A stretch of DNA of 64,000 nt, from the IMG/VR virus record IMGVR_UViG_3300035135_002062; one strand, 5' to 3'. Shown one piece after another: positions 11,124 to 21,487 of the stretch; positions within the stretch are counted from its first letter, which is position 1; every line of letters begins with the position of its first letter. Source of the stretch: an uncultured virus (IMG/VR IMGVR_UViG_3300035135_002062) (lineage: Duplodnaviria > Heunggongvirae > Uroviricota > Caudoviricetes). Below the pieces are notes generated by a model that did not search any database, was not told where the DNA came from, and saw only the letters and a program-made list of their open reading frames with translations. The position numbers and the translations under genes are program-made.

Positions 11124-11837
11124 CTAAATTATCGTTTTAGGAATTTCTAAAGTTGTTTCTACTATTGTTATTTCACACAACGCACATTTTCCACAGGGTT
11201 GGTTATCTTCATTTGGGTACCAACAACTCCATGTCTCATATAAGAATTGTTCATACCCATTTTCTATAGATTCTTCTAAAATGTTTTTTTTAGTTTTATC
11301 TATAAGAGGAAACTCTAAATGTTTTGCCCAACCCATTGATTTGGGTGGATTATCTTTATTTATGTATTTCCTAATTCTACCACTAAAGGGATCATCTTTT
11401 TGGTAAGTTATCGATACTTTATCATAACCCTCATTTTTACAGACCTGATGAAAATATAGTAGTTGATTTGTTTTTCTTGTAAATAAACCTTCATTATATC
11501 CTTCTACACCTATCTCTTTTGTTTCTTCGTCTAAAGTAACATCGTTTATTGTGATCTCAGGTAATAAATTGTCTTTTAGTTTTGGGTAAGTACTTTTGAA
11601 TTTACGATAGAAATTCTCTCTTGAGATTTTTTCATGAAAGAAAGACGGTCTCATCCTATCTTCAGTACCGTCGATATATGAAGTTATAACGACTAATGGT
11701 TGTACAATAAGTTTGTTTTTTACCAAGCACTCAAGTAGGTATGATGTTGAATCATACCCACCTGAATAAAATATATACTTGATTTTTTTAAGACCCACAA
11801 CCTTCACAGTCAAATGGAGAATCGTCTGGTCTCTCAA
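11124..11837 (-). CDS. queC: QueC-like (7-cyano-7-deazaguanine synthase family) PP-loop ATPase; start uncertain (GTG near 11798/11807 possible)
   Basis: YSGGYDS PP-loop; FPLIDKTK; TWSCW...PCGKCALC zinc cluster. Confidence 0.7.
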   Translation of the reverse strand: MRDQTILHLTVKVVGLKKIKYIFYSGGYDSTSYLLECLVKNKLIVQPLVVITSYIDGTEDRMRPSFFHEKISRENFYRKFKSTYPKLKDNLLPEITINDVTLDEETKEIGVEGYNEGLFTRKTNQLLYFHQVCKNEGYDKVSITYQKDDPFSGRIRKYINKDNPPKSMGWAKHLEFPLIDKTKKNILEESIENGYEQFLYETWSCWYPNEDNQPCGKCALCEITIVETTLEIPKTII

Positions 11838-14238
11838 CTTGTGAATTTACCATCACTAATTCTTTATTTTCACTTATAATAGAATTAGATGTTGGTGTTG
11901 GGTTTTCTACTTTTTCTGAAGTTTCTTCAGTGTTTTCGGGATTTGGTTTTGTTCTTTGTGTACTAATACCTAACCCTTTTAACGGATCTACCGCTGAACG
12001 AGTTCTTAGATAGTACATACCTGTTTTTAAACCTAACTTCCAACCGAATAAGTGTGCCGCCAATAACTTCGCTTTAGTTGCGTTACTAATGAAAAGGTTT
12101 AGTGATTGTGATTGATCAATAAATACGGATCTTCTCGCCGCCATCTTCAGAAGTGTTTTCTGTGACATTTCCCAAACAGTTTTATAAATCTCTTTAATTT
12201 CTGTTGGTATTTCAGGTATATTTTGAACAGAACCGTTCTCCATAATTAACTTGTCTTTGATCTCATCACTCCATAGATCATTTTCCATAAGTTCTTTCAC
12301 TAAGTGTTTATTAATCACAATAAACTCCCCACCTAAAGTTCTTCTTGAATATAAGTTTGTTGTAAATGGTTCGAACGCCTCATTATTACCAAGAATCTGT
12401 GCAGTTGATGCCGTTGGCATTGGTGCAAATAACAATGAGTTTCTTACACCATATTTAACAACTTCTTTTCTAAGTTCTTTCCAATTCCATCTACCTGATA
12501 AGTCTTTGTCTTTAAGTCCCCACATCTGATATTGGAAGATTCCCTTCTCTATTGGTGACCCTGAGATAGACTCGTATGGACCAACTTCTTTAGAAATATC
12601 TTTTGAAGATGTCATGGCCGCAAAATATATTGTCTCAAATATATCTGTTTGTAGATCATCCGCTGTTTCAGACTCAAAAGGAATTCTTAAACTACAAAAT
12701 ACATCTGCTAAACCTTGTACTCCAAGACCAACAGGTCTGTGTCTAAAATTAGATCTTTTTGTTTCTTCTGTTGGATAGAAATTTAAATCGATAACGTTGT
12801 TTAAGTTTCTTACAACTTGGTAAACATATTCATATAATAAATCATGATTAAATTCACCGTCAACAATGTACTTAGGTAATGCGATTGATGCGAGATTACA
12901 AACCGCCTGTTCAGTTGGTGAACTATACTCGATAATTTCAGTACACAAATTTGATGACTTAATAGTACCTAAATTCTTTTGGTTTGATTTACTATTCGCA
13001 GCATCCTTATATAACATATAAGGTGTTCCTGTTTCAATCTGTGCGGTGAGAATTGCGTCCATCAATTTTCTCGCCTTCACAACTCTTCTTCCTCTTCCTT
13101 CTTCTTCATATTTTGTATAAAGTTCTGTGAAGTCTTTTGATTCAGGTGAATCGTATACATCTGATAAACCAGGTGCCTCATCAGGTGAGAATAAAGTCCA
13201 CTCACCATCTTCTTCTACTCTTTTCATAAAGAGATCAGGAGTCCACATTGCAAGGAATAAATCTCTTGCTCTCATTTCTTCTTTACCATGATTTTTTCTT
13301 AAATCGATAAATTCAAAAATATCTGAGTGCCATGGTTCAAGATAAATTGCGAATGAACCTTTTCTTTTACCACCTTGATTGATCCATCTTGCAACTTCAT
13401 TGTAGGTTTTCATCATTGGTAATAGTCCGTCTGACTCACCACCCGTACCTTTGATATAAGAACCTTTAGCTCTCACATCGTGTACGTGTAATCCAATACC
13501 ACCTGCCCATTTTGAAATGTTTGCAACATCCTTGATTGTATCAAATAATCCATTGATGTCGTCCCCCTTATTTCCTATTAAGAAACAAGATGACATTTGT
13601 GGTCTTCTTGTTCCCGCATTAAATAATGTTGGTGTTGCGTGAGTATAGAAATGTTGTGATAAATCATCATAGATTCTCAAACCCATTTCGATATCACCAT
13701 TACATATACCTAATGCAACTCTCATGTACATATATTGTGGTCTTTCAACAATTCTGTTACTTATCTTTAATAGATAAGATCTTTCTAAAGTTTTAAAACC
13801 GAAATAATCAAAATCAAAATCTCTTTCCTGTACTATTGCTCCGTCAATAACAGACTTATTTTTCATAACAAACTTGTAAAGTTCATCAGAGATTAAAGAT
13901 GATTCTTTACCTGTTCTTGGTTCAACAAAAGAGTATAGTTCTTTAATTGCCAATGAGAACTTTTTTGGTGTTGTCTTATGAAGATTAGTAACCGCAACTC
14001 TTCCCGCTAATTTCGCATAATCAGGATGCGTTGTTGTCATTGAAGCTGCGGTTTCTGCAGCCAACTGATCTAATTCAGTTGTACTAATCTCATCGTATAT
14101 CCCTTGAGTTACCTTTAAGGTAATATATGTTGGGTCAACATACTCTAAATTCAAATCAGAACACAAGGCAGATATTCTCCTTGTGATCTTATCATATCTC
14201 ATTTCTTCTAAAGAACCGTCTCTCTTTTTTACTTTCAT
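11788..14238 (-). CDS. nrdA: Ribonucleotide reductase class Ia alpha subunit with ATP cone
   Basis: VKKRDG ATP cone, ATPTLFNAG, SSCF, SNLCTEI, PTAST, GMYYLR, C-terminal CEGC. Confidence 0.97.
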   Translation of the reverse strand: MKVKKRDGSLEEMRYDKITRRISALCSDLNLEYVDPTYITLKVTQGIYDEISTTELDQLAAETAASMTTTHPDYAKLAGRVAVTNLHKTTPKKFSLAIKELYSFVEPRTGKESSLISDELYKFVMKNKSVIDGAIVQERDFDFDYFGFKTLERSYLLKISNRIVERPQYMYMRVALGICNGDIEMGLRIYDDLSQHFYTHATPTLFNAGTRRPQMSSCFLIGNKGDDINGLFDTIKDVANISKWAGGIGLHVHDVRAKGSYIKGTGGESDGLLPMMKTYNEVARWINQGGKRKGSFAIYLEPWHSDIFEFIDLRKNHGKEEMRARDLFLAMWTPDLFMKRVEEDGEWTLFSPDEAPGLSDVYDSPESKDFTELYTKYEEEGRGRRVVKARKLMDAILTAQIETGTPYMLYKDAANSKSNQKNLGTIKSSNLCTEIIEYSSPTEQAVCNLASIALPKYIVDGEFNHDLLYEYVYQVVRNLNNVIDLNFYPTEETKRSNFRHRPVGLGVQGLADVFCSLRIPFESETADDLQTDIFETIYFAAMTSSKDISKEVGPYESISGSPIEKGIFQYQMWGLKDKDLSGRWNWKELRKEVVKYGVRNSLLFAPMPTASTAQILGNNEAFEPFTTNLYSRRTLGGEFIVINKHLVKELMENDLWSDEIKDKLIMENGSVQNIPEIPTEIKEIYKTVWEMSQKTLLKMAARRSVFIDQSQSLNLFISNATKAKLLAAHLFGWKLGLKTGMYYLRTRSAVDPLKGLGISTQRTKPNPENTEETSEKVENPTPTSNSIISENKELVMVNSQVERPDDSPFDCEGCGS

Positions 14239-14250
14239 CTGTATTCGTAT

Positions 14251-15225
14251 TTAAAAATCCATATCACCGAACGCAGAATCTAAATCTTCTTCGGTATCGT
14301 TATTAACTCCCGCCTTTTGATACTCGGCAACTCTCTTCTCAAAGAAGTTAGTCTTACCTTGTAATGCGATATTCTGCATAAAATCAAAAGGGTTCTCTGA
14401 CTTAAAGTGTTTAGCTACGCCCAATGAATCTAATAATCTATCAGTAACAAATTCAAGGTACTGAGACATTAGATCAGAATTCATACCAATCAATCTAACA
14501 GGTAGTGCCTCTAAAATGAATTCTTTTTCAATCTCTAAAGCGGAAAGAATAATCTCTTTAATTCTCTTTTGTGTAAGTTTTTTAGAGATGTGTTCATTGT
14601 ACAAATGACACGCAAAATCACAGTGCAAACCTTCATCTCTGGATATAAGTTCATTAGAAAAAGTTAAACCTGGCATTAAACCTCTTTTCTTGAGCCAGAA
14701 AATAGAACAAAATGATCCCGAAAAGAAAATCCCCTCGACTGCCGCGAACGCAATAAGTCTCTCTGCGAATGAATCTGACTCTATCCATTTAAGTGCCCAT
14801 TCCGCCTTCTTTTTGATTGCGGGAATTGTTTCAATTGCATTAAATAATTTATTTTGTTCATCAGTGTCTTTGATATAGGTGTCTATTAACAACGAATATG
14901 TTTCTGAGTGAATGTTTTCCATTGCAATTTGGAATCCATAAAAGAACTTCGCTTCTGTATATTGAACTTCATTTACGAAATTTTCCGCAAGGTTTTCATT
15001 AACAATCCCATCCGACGCGGCAAAGAACGCTAAGACATGTTTTACGAAGTGTCTTTCATCGTCGTTAAGTTTGTTAGACCAATCATTCACATCCTGTGCT
15101 AAGTCGATCTCCTCTGCGGTCCAAAAACTCGCCTCTTGTTGTTTATAGTATTTCCAAATATCATGATGTTCTATTGGAAAAAGGACAAAACGTCCTGGGT
15201 TTTCTTGTAAGATTTTTTCTGCCAT
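14251..15225 (-). CDS. nrdB: Ribonucleotide reductase class Ia beta subunit
   Basis: [40 protein letters not shown]; start moved to MAEKIL. Confidence 0.96.
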   Translation of the reverse strand: MAEKILQENPGRFVLFPIEHHDIWKYYKQQEASFWTAEEIDLAQDVNDWSNKLNDDERHFVKHVLAFFAASDGIVNENLAENFVNEVQYTEAKFFYGFQIAMENIHSETYSLLIDTYIKDTDEQNKLFNAIETIPAIKKKAEWALKWIESDSFAERLIAFAAVEGIFFSGSFCSIFWLKKRGLMPGLTFSNELISRDEGLHCDFACHLYNEHISKKLTQKRIKEIILSALEIEKEFILEALPVRLIGMNSDLMSQYLEFVTDRLLDSLGVAKHFKSENPFDFMQNIALQGKTNFFEKRVAEYQKAGVNNDTEEDLDSAFGDMDF

Positions 15226-15238
15226 AGTATAAAATTTA

Positions 15239-16642
15239 TTAATTATTAATTCCTTTAGATTTCTTGTAGAGTTCCTGTGCTCTCTGCAGTCCATCGTTCT
15301 CTTTTCTAATTTGGTGACCTAACAATGTTTCTTGTTCTGTTACGTCAATATCCAAATATTGGTTGTCGAACTTACAGTTCAGGAAGTTAACACCGTCTCT
15401 ACCAATTCTTGATTTCACAAGTGTAACATTGGCGGTCTTCCCTTCTTTTTGTTCTAAACTTTTTGCAATTGAGATGATAACGTGCGCCGATTGTGCCTTT
15501 TTAATCGAGCCACCCATATCGTCTACATTTACAATGTCAGCGGATATGGAACCTCGGTTTCCTTGTGCTGCAGTCCATATTGCAACATTCATTTCCGCAC
15601 ACATAGATTCGACTGATCTAATTACTGAACCTTCACCTTTCCATTCTTCACCGAAGACTCCTTTATCAGATCCGACACAATCGATGTAATCTATAATTAT
15701 CACGTCAATCTTAAAATCCGTACTCTCTAACTTTCTTAATTTTCTTCTGATATCACCTACAGTAGTTGTATCACTATTCATCTTAATGAGTTTAAGTCTT
15801 CCGAACCCATCTCTTTGTTGTCTTTCCTCGACTACTCTCGCAGTTTCAAGTTTATTTTCTTGAGTCTCAACTTGCCAATCGCTATCCTTACCTGTCCAAA
15901 TAGTGTAGTGTTTTTTTCTAATTTCAGATTCTCTATCCTCAAAAAAGATGTGTACGACGTTGAACCCAAGATTAACCGCCGTATTCGCGAACTTAGTTAG
16001 AATAGTCGTTTTACCTGTACCTGTTGGTGCAATAACCATCCCTAATTCACCATGACCTAAACCACCTTTTAATAGATCGTCTAAACCACCTATACCTGTA
16101 GCTATGGGTGTTCTTGTATCTTTCTCTAAAGACTCAAGAACATTTTCTGTAATATCAGAGATGTCATCATCACCAACACCGACTTGTAATGCCTCGTTGA
16201 TTAAGTCAGTGATCTTATCATACTCTTGGAAATTACCATCGTCCATGATACCATGAACTTTTTTAAGAGTTTTTTTTAAGTTTTGTTGTCTACAAAAGTT
16301 AAGTGCCGTGTCTTTTACGTAAGTTGGTCCATGAGTTTTTTCATCTAACTCTTCAATACCAAATAACGTATCGGTATGGATTTTACCACTCATAGGATTT
16401 GTAGCGGTATCCTCCATTATTTTTTGTTTTAGAGTTGAGTAATTGGGTATTCTTCTATATACCTCATTCAACTCTCTTATGTTCTGAACGATATATCTAA
16501 ATGAATTATTCTCGAAGTATTTTGGTTCTAAGACATCTATGATTTGTTCACCATATTTTGGATCCTCTATGATTGATTTTATTAATGTTTGTTGGAATCC
16601 ATTTCCTAAGTTTTCAAATGTTTTTTCAGTCATCTCACTCAT
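15239..16642 (-). CDS. Replicative helicase (DnaB/T4 gp41-like)
   Basis: Walker [27 protein letters not shown]. Confidence 0.9.
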   Translation of the reverse strand: MSEMTEKTFENLGNGFQQTLIKSIIEDPKYGEQIIDVLEPKYFENNSFRYIVQNIRELNEVYRRIPNYSTLKQKIMEDTATNPMSGKIHTDTLFGIEELDEKTHGPTYVKDTALNFCRQQNLKKTLKKVHGIMDDGNFQEYDKITDLINEALQVGVGDDDISDITENVLESLEKDTRTPIATGIGGLDDLLKGGLGHGELGMVIAPTGTGKTTILTKFANTAVNLGFNVVHIFFEDRESEIRKKHYTIWTGKDSDWQVETQENKLETARVVEERQQRDGFGRLKLIKMNSDTTTVGDIRRKLRKLESTDFKIDVIIIDYIDCVGSDKGVFGEEWKGEGSVIRSVESMCAEMNVAIWTAAQGNRGSISADIVNVDDMGGSIKKAQSAHVIISIAKSLEQKEGKTANVTLVKSRIGRDGVNFLNCKFDNQYLDIDVTEQETLLGHQIRKENDGLQRAQELYKKSKGINN

Positions 16643-16649
16643 AATACTT

Positions 16650-17102
16650 CTAAATTTTAGTTAAATCGTAATTTATATATTTTGTTATAATTTTGTTTGA
16701 AGAAAGGGTCTCGCTTAGATCCCCTAAGAACCTTCTAAGTTTGGGACGAATATCCACTGAATATCTTACTTTCGGATGATAGATATGTGCGGAGAATATC
16801 CTTGAAATAAATACTTCATCATTTTGCTTAATCTCTAGTTGGAAGTACTCTGAAAGGTCTGGTCCGTCCTCTTCATTACCCCCTGAAACAGGAAAATAAT
16901 TTGGATTTTCGTGTAGATATTCCAAAGTTTTTTCTTTCAAATCTTGACTAATTTCTTCACAAATATTTTTTACTGCGTAGTGAAGATTTAATGATCTTCT
17001 AACTTGAGGGTTGTAATTCCTTACGTTGAAGAATCTTTGACAAATAATGTTACCCTTCAGGGTTAACAGAAATTCTAATTTAGTTGTGTCGTTACTACTC
17101 AT
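16650..17102 (-). CDS. Hypothetical protein (150 aa) in the replication block
   Basis: Tightly packed between the exonuclease and helicase genes. Confidence 0.55.
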   Translation of the reverse strand: MSSNDTTKLEFLLTLKGNIICQRFFNVRNYNPQVRRSLNLHYAVKNICEEISQDLKEKTLEYLHENPNYFPVSGGNEEDGPDLSEYFQLEIKQNDEVFISRIFSAHIYHPKVRYSVDIRPKLRRFLGDLSETLSSNKIITKYINYDLTKI

Positions 17103-18112
17103 TGTTTTTTTATTTTTATAACACGTTTATTTTTTTCCTTTCGAGTTAATCTAAGGAAAGGGTTGAGGAATTTTATCCACGCATCGTCTGATTTAGGGAG
17201 AACCGTAAATATTCCATCCTCCATCATCATCTTCATTGTGTTTTTATAGGATCTTCCCTCGGGATCCAAATCTTCATTTATAAGTGCTGTTATAGTTTCC
17301 CTTGCCTCGTCTGTTAGGAAAGGTTCATCTAAACTCACAATACTTTCATTTAGAGAGAAGAACTCTTCTCCAAAAACTCCGTACTTTGTGACACCCGTAA
17401 GAAGATTTTTTAATGTGGTGTTATTTTTATCCTCTTCAAAGAGAGAATTTGATTTGTCAACCACTTCTTGTACTGTGATTGGTCTCTCTTTTATTTCAGG
17501 AAACAAGGACAAAAACTTTTTGATTCCCATGTTTCTAATGCCCGCGATATTATCAGACCGATCTCCACACATCATCTTAACGATTTTAACGTTCTGTATG
17601 TGGATATCTTCCTTATCGTAAGGTATTATATCATTTTGTTCGTAAAGTTTTCTGTGAGAGGGGTTATACACCTTCACATTGTCCGAAACTAATTGTGCTA
17701 AATCCCCATCAGAGGAATAGACAATACAATTTTCATTTGTGTTTTGTGAGTAGTATGCGATACAGTCATCTGTTTCACAGAATTCGAACTCACCTTGTCT
17801 AACGTACAACTCTTCTAAGTATTGTTGAACTCTTCTTCGTTGTCTACTATAAGATTCTTTTTCTTTGTCAGATCGAACTCTTTCTCGTCTGTTTTCCTTG
17901 TATTTGTGGTATATCTTTCTTCGAGTTTGTGAACCATTTTCACCATCCCAAAAAACAACAATTTTATCTAAACGATAATTTTCAAAAGACCTTCTTAATG
18001 TGTTTAAAAAATGATAAATACCTCCTATGTGTTCTCCTTTGTAGAAGTAATTTTTTACTCCAAAAAATCCAATAGTTAATAAGTTATCTCCGTCTACTAA
18101 TAAAACTGACAT
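17099..18112 (-). CDS. 5'-3' exonuclease / T4 RNase H-like flap endonuclease
   Basis: LLVDG, YKENR, ETDDCIA, SSDGDLAQL, GDRSDNIAG. Confidence 0.92.
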   Translation of the reverse strand: MSVLLVDGDNLLTIGFFGVKNYFYKGEHIGGIYHFLNTLRRSFENYRLDKIVVFWDGENGSQTRRKIYHKYKENRRERVRSDKEKESYSRQRRRVQQYLEELYVRQGEFEFCETDDCIAYYSQNTNENCIVYSSDGDLAQLVSDNVKVYNPSHRKLYEQNDIIPYDKEDIHIQNVKIVKMMCGDRSDNIAGIRNMGIKKFLSLFPEIKERPITVQEVVDKSNSLFEEDKNNTTLKNLLTGVTKYGVFGEEFFSLNESIVSLDEPFLTDEARETITALINEDLDPEGRSYKNTMKMMMEDGIFTVLPKSDDAWIKFLNPFLRLTRKEKNKRVIKIKKQ

Positions 18113-18147
18113 TTATACCTTTTTAAAGGTTAAACAAATCGTTGGTA

Positions 18148-19143
18148 TTACTCTTCCTCTCTGATATCAAAGTCTCCGTCTATACCTAACTGTCTCTTCC
18201 AATACTCTGCGTGTTCGGATTTGTACGCCTCTAAAGACTTTTTCTCCTCCACAGCATCTTTACCACTCAAAAAACCGTGTGCGGTTACGATGATCTTTCC
18301 ATCTTCATAACCCAAACCATTTACGTGGTTTTTCATAATAGAAATCTTTGTTCTTGTCGCGAACTTCACCTTTCTCTTGTCTTTAACCGCTGAGATAGGA
18401 TTGGTTCCCGCATTTTTCTGATTTCCAAATCTGAATACCAAGGTCGAATTTAACCATATCGACTCACCACCTTTCGCCTTAATTTTTGGTTGACTAAATG
18501 GATTGTCTGGTAATTCTACCCATGGTTGATTCACAATAACTAAAGTGTTAGTATATGTAGAATCTACTCTTCTTGAACCTGAAATTCTCTGATTCAAACC
18601 CATACCAATCTTATCAGATAATACAGATGCGTTGTGTTGTTTACCACCTTTACCATCGAAGGTCATTTTACACGGTACTGAACCTACTGAATCCCACAAG
18701 AAAAGTAAATCATATTCGATCTCACCTTTTTGTTGTGCATCCAATAGTTCATTGATATAATCTGTAATTTGTTCTATATATTGAAATTGGTTGTTGAATA
18801 AGAAAAATCCGTCGTATTCAATCTCACCTGTTTCTTCATCTACCACTTCCTCGATTTCTAACCCCATCAATTTTGCATGAGGGAAATCCCATTTTTGTTC
18901 TGTGATAATAAAGACAGGTAATATTCCTTTCTTTTGTGCATCTACCGCAGTTTTTACAAGTGCAGTTGTCTTACCCGTATCAGAATGTCCTAAGAACATA
19001 TTGATATGTCCCATTGCGGGACCTGGTAGACCTGTAGCGTCTAAGAAAGAATCTCCTAAGTCGAGGAACTTATCAGACTTAAACTTTGCCTGTTTCGAAA
19101 ACTTCGACTTAATACTTTTAAAATCTTTTTTCTTTATTGCCAT
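18148..19143 (-). CDS. uvsX: RecA/UvsX-like recombinase
   Basis: GHSDTGKT, WDSVGS, IVNQ, KGG, KNHV. Confidence 0.85.
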   Translation of the reverse strand: MAIKKKDFKSIKSKFSKQAKFKSDKFLDLGDSFLDATGLPGPAMGHINMFLGHSDTGKTTALVKTAVDAQKKGILPVFIITEQKWDFPHAKLMGLEIEEVVDEETGEIEYDGFFLFNNQFQYIEQITDYINELLDAQQKGEIEYDLLFLWDSVGSVPCKMTFDGKGGKQHNASVLSDKIGMGLNQRISGSRRVDSTYTNTLVIVNQPWVELPDNPFSQPKIKAKGGESIWLNSTLVFRFGNQKNAGTNPISAVKDKRKVKFATRTKISIMKNHVNGLGYEDGKIIVTAHGFLSGKDAVEEKKSLEAYKSEHAEYWKRQLGIDGDFDIREEE

Positions 19144-19160
19144 ATTATATTTTTAAAAAA

Positions 19161-19244
19161 GGGTCCCCCGTTCCTCATAGGGCCGACAATAGGGTCAAAG
19201 TATGTCGGTTACAGCTCCACCAATACCGCGAGGTAGGGGGACCC
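19161..19244. ncRNA. Candidate structured intergenic RNA (84 nt, multi-branch)
   Basis: GC-rich island: 9-bp closing stem GGGTCCCCC/GGGGGACCC enclosing CCGACA/TGTCGG and TACC-GCGA-GGTA hairpins. Confidence 0.5.
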
Positions 19245-19254
19245 AAGGTCTACT

Positions 19255-20118
19255 TTAAAACGGTAGTTCGTCAGATGTTTCTTGATTCTGTTGTGGATCT
19301 TCAGTCGTTGTTGTTGACTGTTCAACAGGTGCGGTAACATTGGCACCTCCGAAATCACTTTCAGATTCAGATTGTGAAACATATTTCTTTTGTTCAGAGT
19401 CCCATCTTGGAACTTCACCCAACGCTACCATCTCTAAATATTCAAGAGGTTTAACTGAATAAACATCTCTCCATGTGTCTGCGTGATTCGTCCACTCATT
19501 TGAAACTTCTGAATCGTTGTGAAGAGGTGATTTATCTTCTTGAATAATAGAATTGATTGTAGTATACTCTCTACCATTTGGTGCTTTAGTAAGTGTCAAT
19601 GAAAGGATTAAATCTCTACCTTCAGTAACATCTGTAATATTACCTTTACTTCTAATGATAGGAATAATTTTATCTAGCGGTCCCTCTCCTTTGTAATTGT
19701 GTTTAAATCTCCAAAATTTTGGACCATCTTGTTCGTTATCTCTATCGATAACTTTTACAATATAGAATTTTCTTGCTCTGTAGTTTCTTGCATTAACCTT
19801 GTCTGCTTCAGAACCTGTTGCAAGAAGTGCTTTCTGTACTTCATTGAGTGGTGAAGGGTCACCATCTTGTGAAGGGTCATATAATTTCATCCATTTACCA
19901 TCTACTTGGATTTCGTGGAATGAAACTTCTTTAAAAGGACTTGTTCCGTCTGTTGTTGGGAGAATTCTAATTCTCTTTTGTCCACTCGGAGTTCCTTTAG
20001 GTAAAATAGTTGTGAAGTATTTTTTGAGTCGATCTTCATTCGACAGTTGGTTGCCACTTGTGGCTCTTTGCGTGTTTTTCTCATACTGAGAAAGAATCGC
20101 GTCAATTGAATTTGTCAT
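19255..20118 (-). CDS. Single-stranded DNA-binding protein (T4 gp32-like)
   Basis: RIRILP...PF...FH, FYIVKVIDR, DVTEGRDL, acidic tail ending SDELPF; start moved to MTNSID. Confidence 0.8.
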   Translation of the reverse strand: MTNSIDAILSQYEKNTQRATSGNQLSNEDRLKKYFTTILPKGTPSGQKRIRILPTTDGTSPFKEVSFHEIQVDGKWMKLYDPSQDGDPSPLNEVQKALLATGSEADKVNARNYRARKFYIVKVIDRDNEQDGPKFWRFKHNYKGEGPLDKIIPIIRSKGNITDVTEGRDLILSLTLTKAPNGREYTTINSIIQEDKSPLHNDSEVSNEWTNHADTWRDVYSVKPLEYLEMVALGEVPRWDSEQKKYVSQSESESDFGGANVTAPVEQSTTTTEDPQQNQETSDELPF

Positions 20119-20149
20119 AATTTTAAAATTTATTTTATTGTGTAGTAAA

Positions 20150-20178
20150 ATGGTACACAAAAAAAGTCCGAAAGTCAA
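20150..20178 (-). promoter_or_regulatory. Housekeeping-sigma-type promoter of the ssb/uvsX block
   Basis: TTGACT-N17-TACCAT with TG extension on the minus strand. Confidence 0.55.
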
Positions 20179-20217
20179 CCCCCTCAGACAACAAATTTTA
20201 CATATTTTGGGAAAAAA

Positions 20218-20583
20218 TTACCTTAAAGTTAGTAGGTAAGATAGTTTACTGACTTGAGTTAGGATTTCATCTCTGAGGTTTAAAAGGTCAGTATCTTTTT
20301 CGTCTATTTCCATAGTTGATATAACCTCAGACGCAACACTAATCATAGAGATTAGATCAATGTCAGATAAATTGTTAATGTTTAAAACTCGGTCATCATC
20401 TGTTAATGTGAATCTACCGTATTTTCCGATTGCGACTTCAACATACAAGTCGATAATTTCATCGAGTTTATCATATGTTTCTCCGAACGCTAAGTGTTTT
20501 GCATGACTTTTAGTCTGCCAGTGTAGAACTTTTAGTTGTGATTGTAGTTCAAGAAAGAACTTAATACTACCATTCAACCTCAT
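20218..20583 (-). CDS. Dps/ferritin-like protein
   Basis: LHWQTKSHAKHLAFGETY...IDLYVE resembles the Dps HW...H...E ferroxidase pattern. Confidence 0.65.
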   Translation of the reverse strand: MRLNGSIKFFLELQSQLKVLHWQTKSHAKHLAFGETYDKLDEIIDLYVEVAIGKYGRFTLTDDDRVLNINNLSDIDLISMISVASEVISTMEIDEKDTDLLNLRDEILTQVSKLSYLLTLR

Positions 20584-21232
20584 TGTCTCCGTCGTTATCC
20601 ATTACGAACGAGTCTCTCATCTCTTTGTCGTTATAATCTTCGACATCTTGTTTTGTGATAACGTATTCATTTTTACCACTCGCTTTCATGTCAAGTTCTT
20701 TTTGAGAGAAGAACTCTGAAGGTTTTTGATTAAATGGATATGAATCTAAAGATCTCATCTCTAATCTCTCTTGTGGAGTTGGTTCTTTCATTGTCTCCAC
20801 TTTATTCTCGAGTCCGTCAATCTTTGCGATCACATTATCCATTTGTGAAAGTTTACTTTCTAAGTCGTCTAATTTTGAAAACAAATCACCCATTTTACCA
20901 ATTACCTCATCATTATTTGATTTACTAGCATCTAAATCATTTTTGATGTTCTGAGTCATATTGACTAAATCAGTAATATCGATTTCCTCAACATCCGCAT
21001 CAGGTGCGTCATCTATAGGTGCATCATCAATTGGTGCGTCTCCCGCAGGAATATCATCAACAGGTGCGTCTCCAGCAGGAATGTCGTCAACGGGTGCGTC
21101 CCCTTCAGGTGCGTCACCAGTAGGTAAATCTTCAGGTGAGACCTCCTCTTGTTCAGAGATCAAACTTTTTTGGTAGTTATTGATACTTCTATATCTTTCT
21201 AACTCCTCGTGTAACTTATTTTCTAAACTCAT
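20567..21232 (-). CDS. Acidic coiled-coil protein (scaffold/internal head-like)
   Basis: Acidic DAPxD repeats followed by heptads (LDDLESKLSQMDNVIAKIDGLE). Confidence 0.5.
   Translation of the reverse strand: MSLENKLHEELERYRSINNYQKSLISEQEEVSPEDLPTGDAPEGDAPVDDIPAGDAPVDDIPAGDAPIDDAPIDDAPDADVEEIDITDLVNMTQNIKNDLDASKSNNDEVIGKMGDLFSKLDDLESKLSQMDNVIAKIDGLENKVETMKEPTPQERLEMRSLDSYPFNQKPSEFFSQKELDMKASGKNEYVITKQDVEDYNDKEMRDSFVMDNDGDNEVEW
20995..21120 (-). repeat. About 8 copies of a 15-bp unit encoding D-(A/I)-P-x-x
   Basis: DAPEG DAPVD DIPAG DAPVD DIPAG DAPID DAPID DAPDA; recurring GGTGCGTC. Confidence 0.75.
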
Positions 21233-21233
21233 C

Positions 21234-21437
21234 TTAATCCTGTAATAATTGTCTACCGTCTTCGGTAATATATCTTTTATTAATTCTCTCTACGATACCA
21301 TCTTTTGAACGAATTACGTAACATTCACCAGTATTCATGTCACAAACTTCTTGTTCTGTACCGTCCTCATTTAAATTTTTTACTGACTTGTTTCCTAAGA
21401 AATTATCAAGTGTTGAACCTATTTTTAAATTATCCAT
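21234..21437 (-). CDS. Small hypothetical protein
   Basis: Start moved to MDNLK, 16 nt after TATTTAT; CDMNTGEC motif. Confidence 0.6.
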   Translation of the reverse strand: MDNLKIGSTLDNFLGNKSVKNLNEDGTEQEVCDMNTGECYVIRSKDGIVERINKRYITEDGRQLLQD

Positions 21438-21487
21438 AATTGTTCTTTTTACTATAAATATCACTAAATCGGTAATTATCCATAGAA

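Noticed and set aside
19161..19244. tRNA gene (84 nt, cloverleaf-like, CTGTAA resembling a Tyr anticodon loop on the minus strand)
   Set aside because: No TTC T-loop, no paired anticodon stem and wrong arm order; kept only as an unclassified RNA
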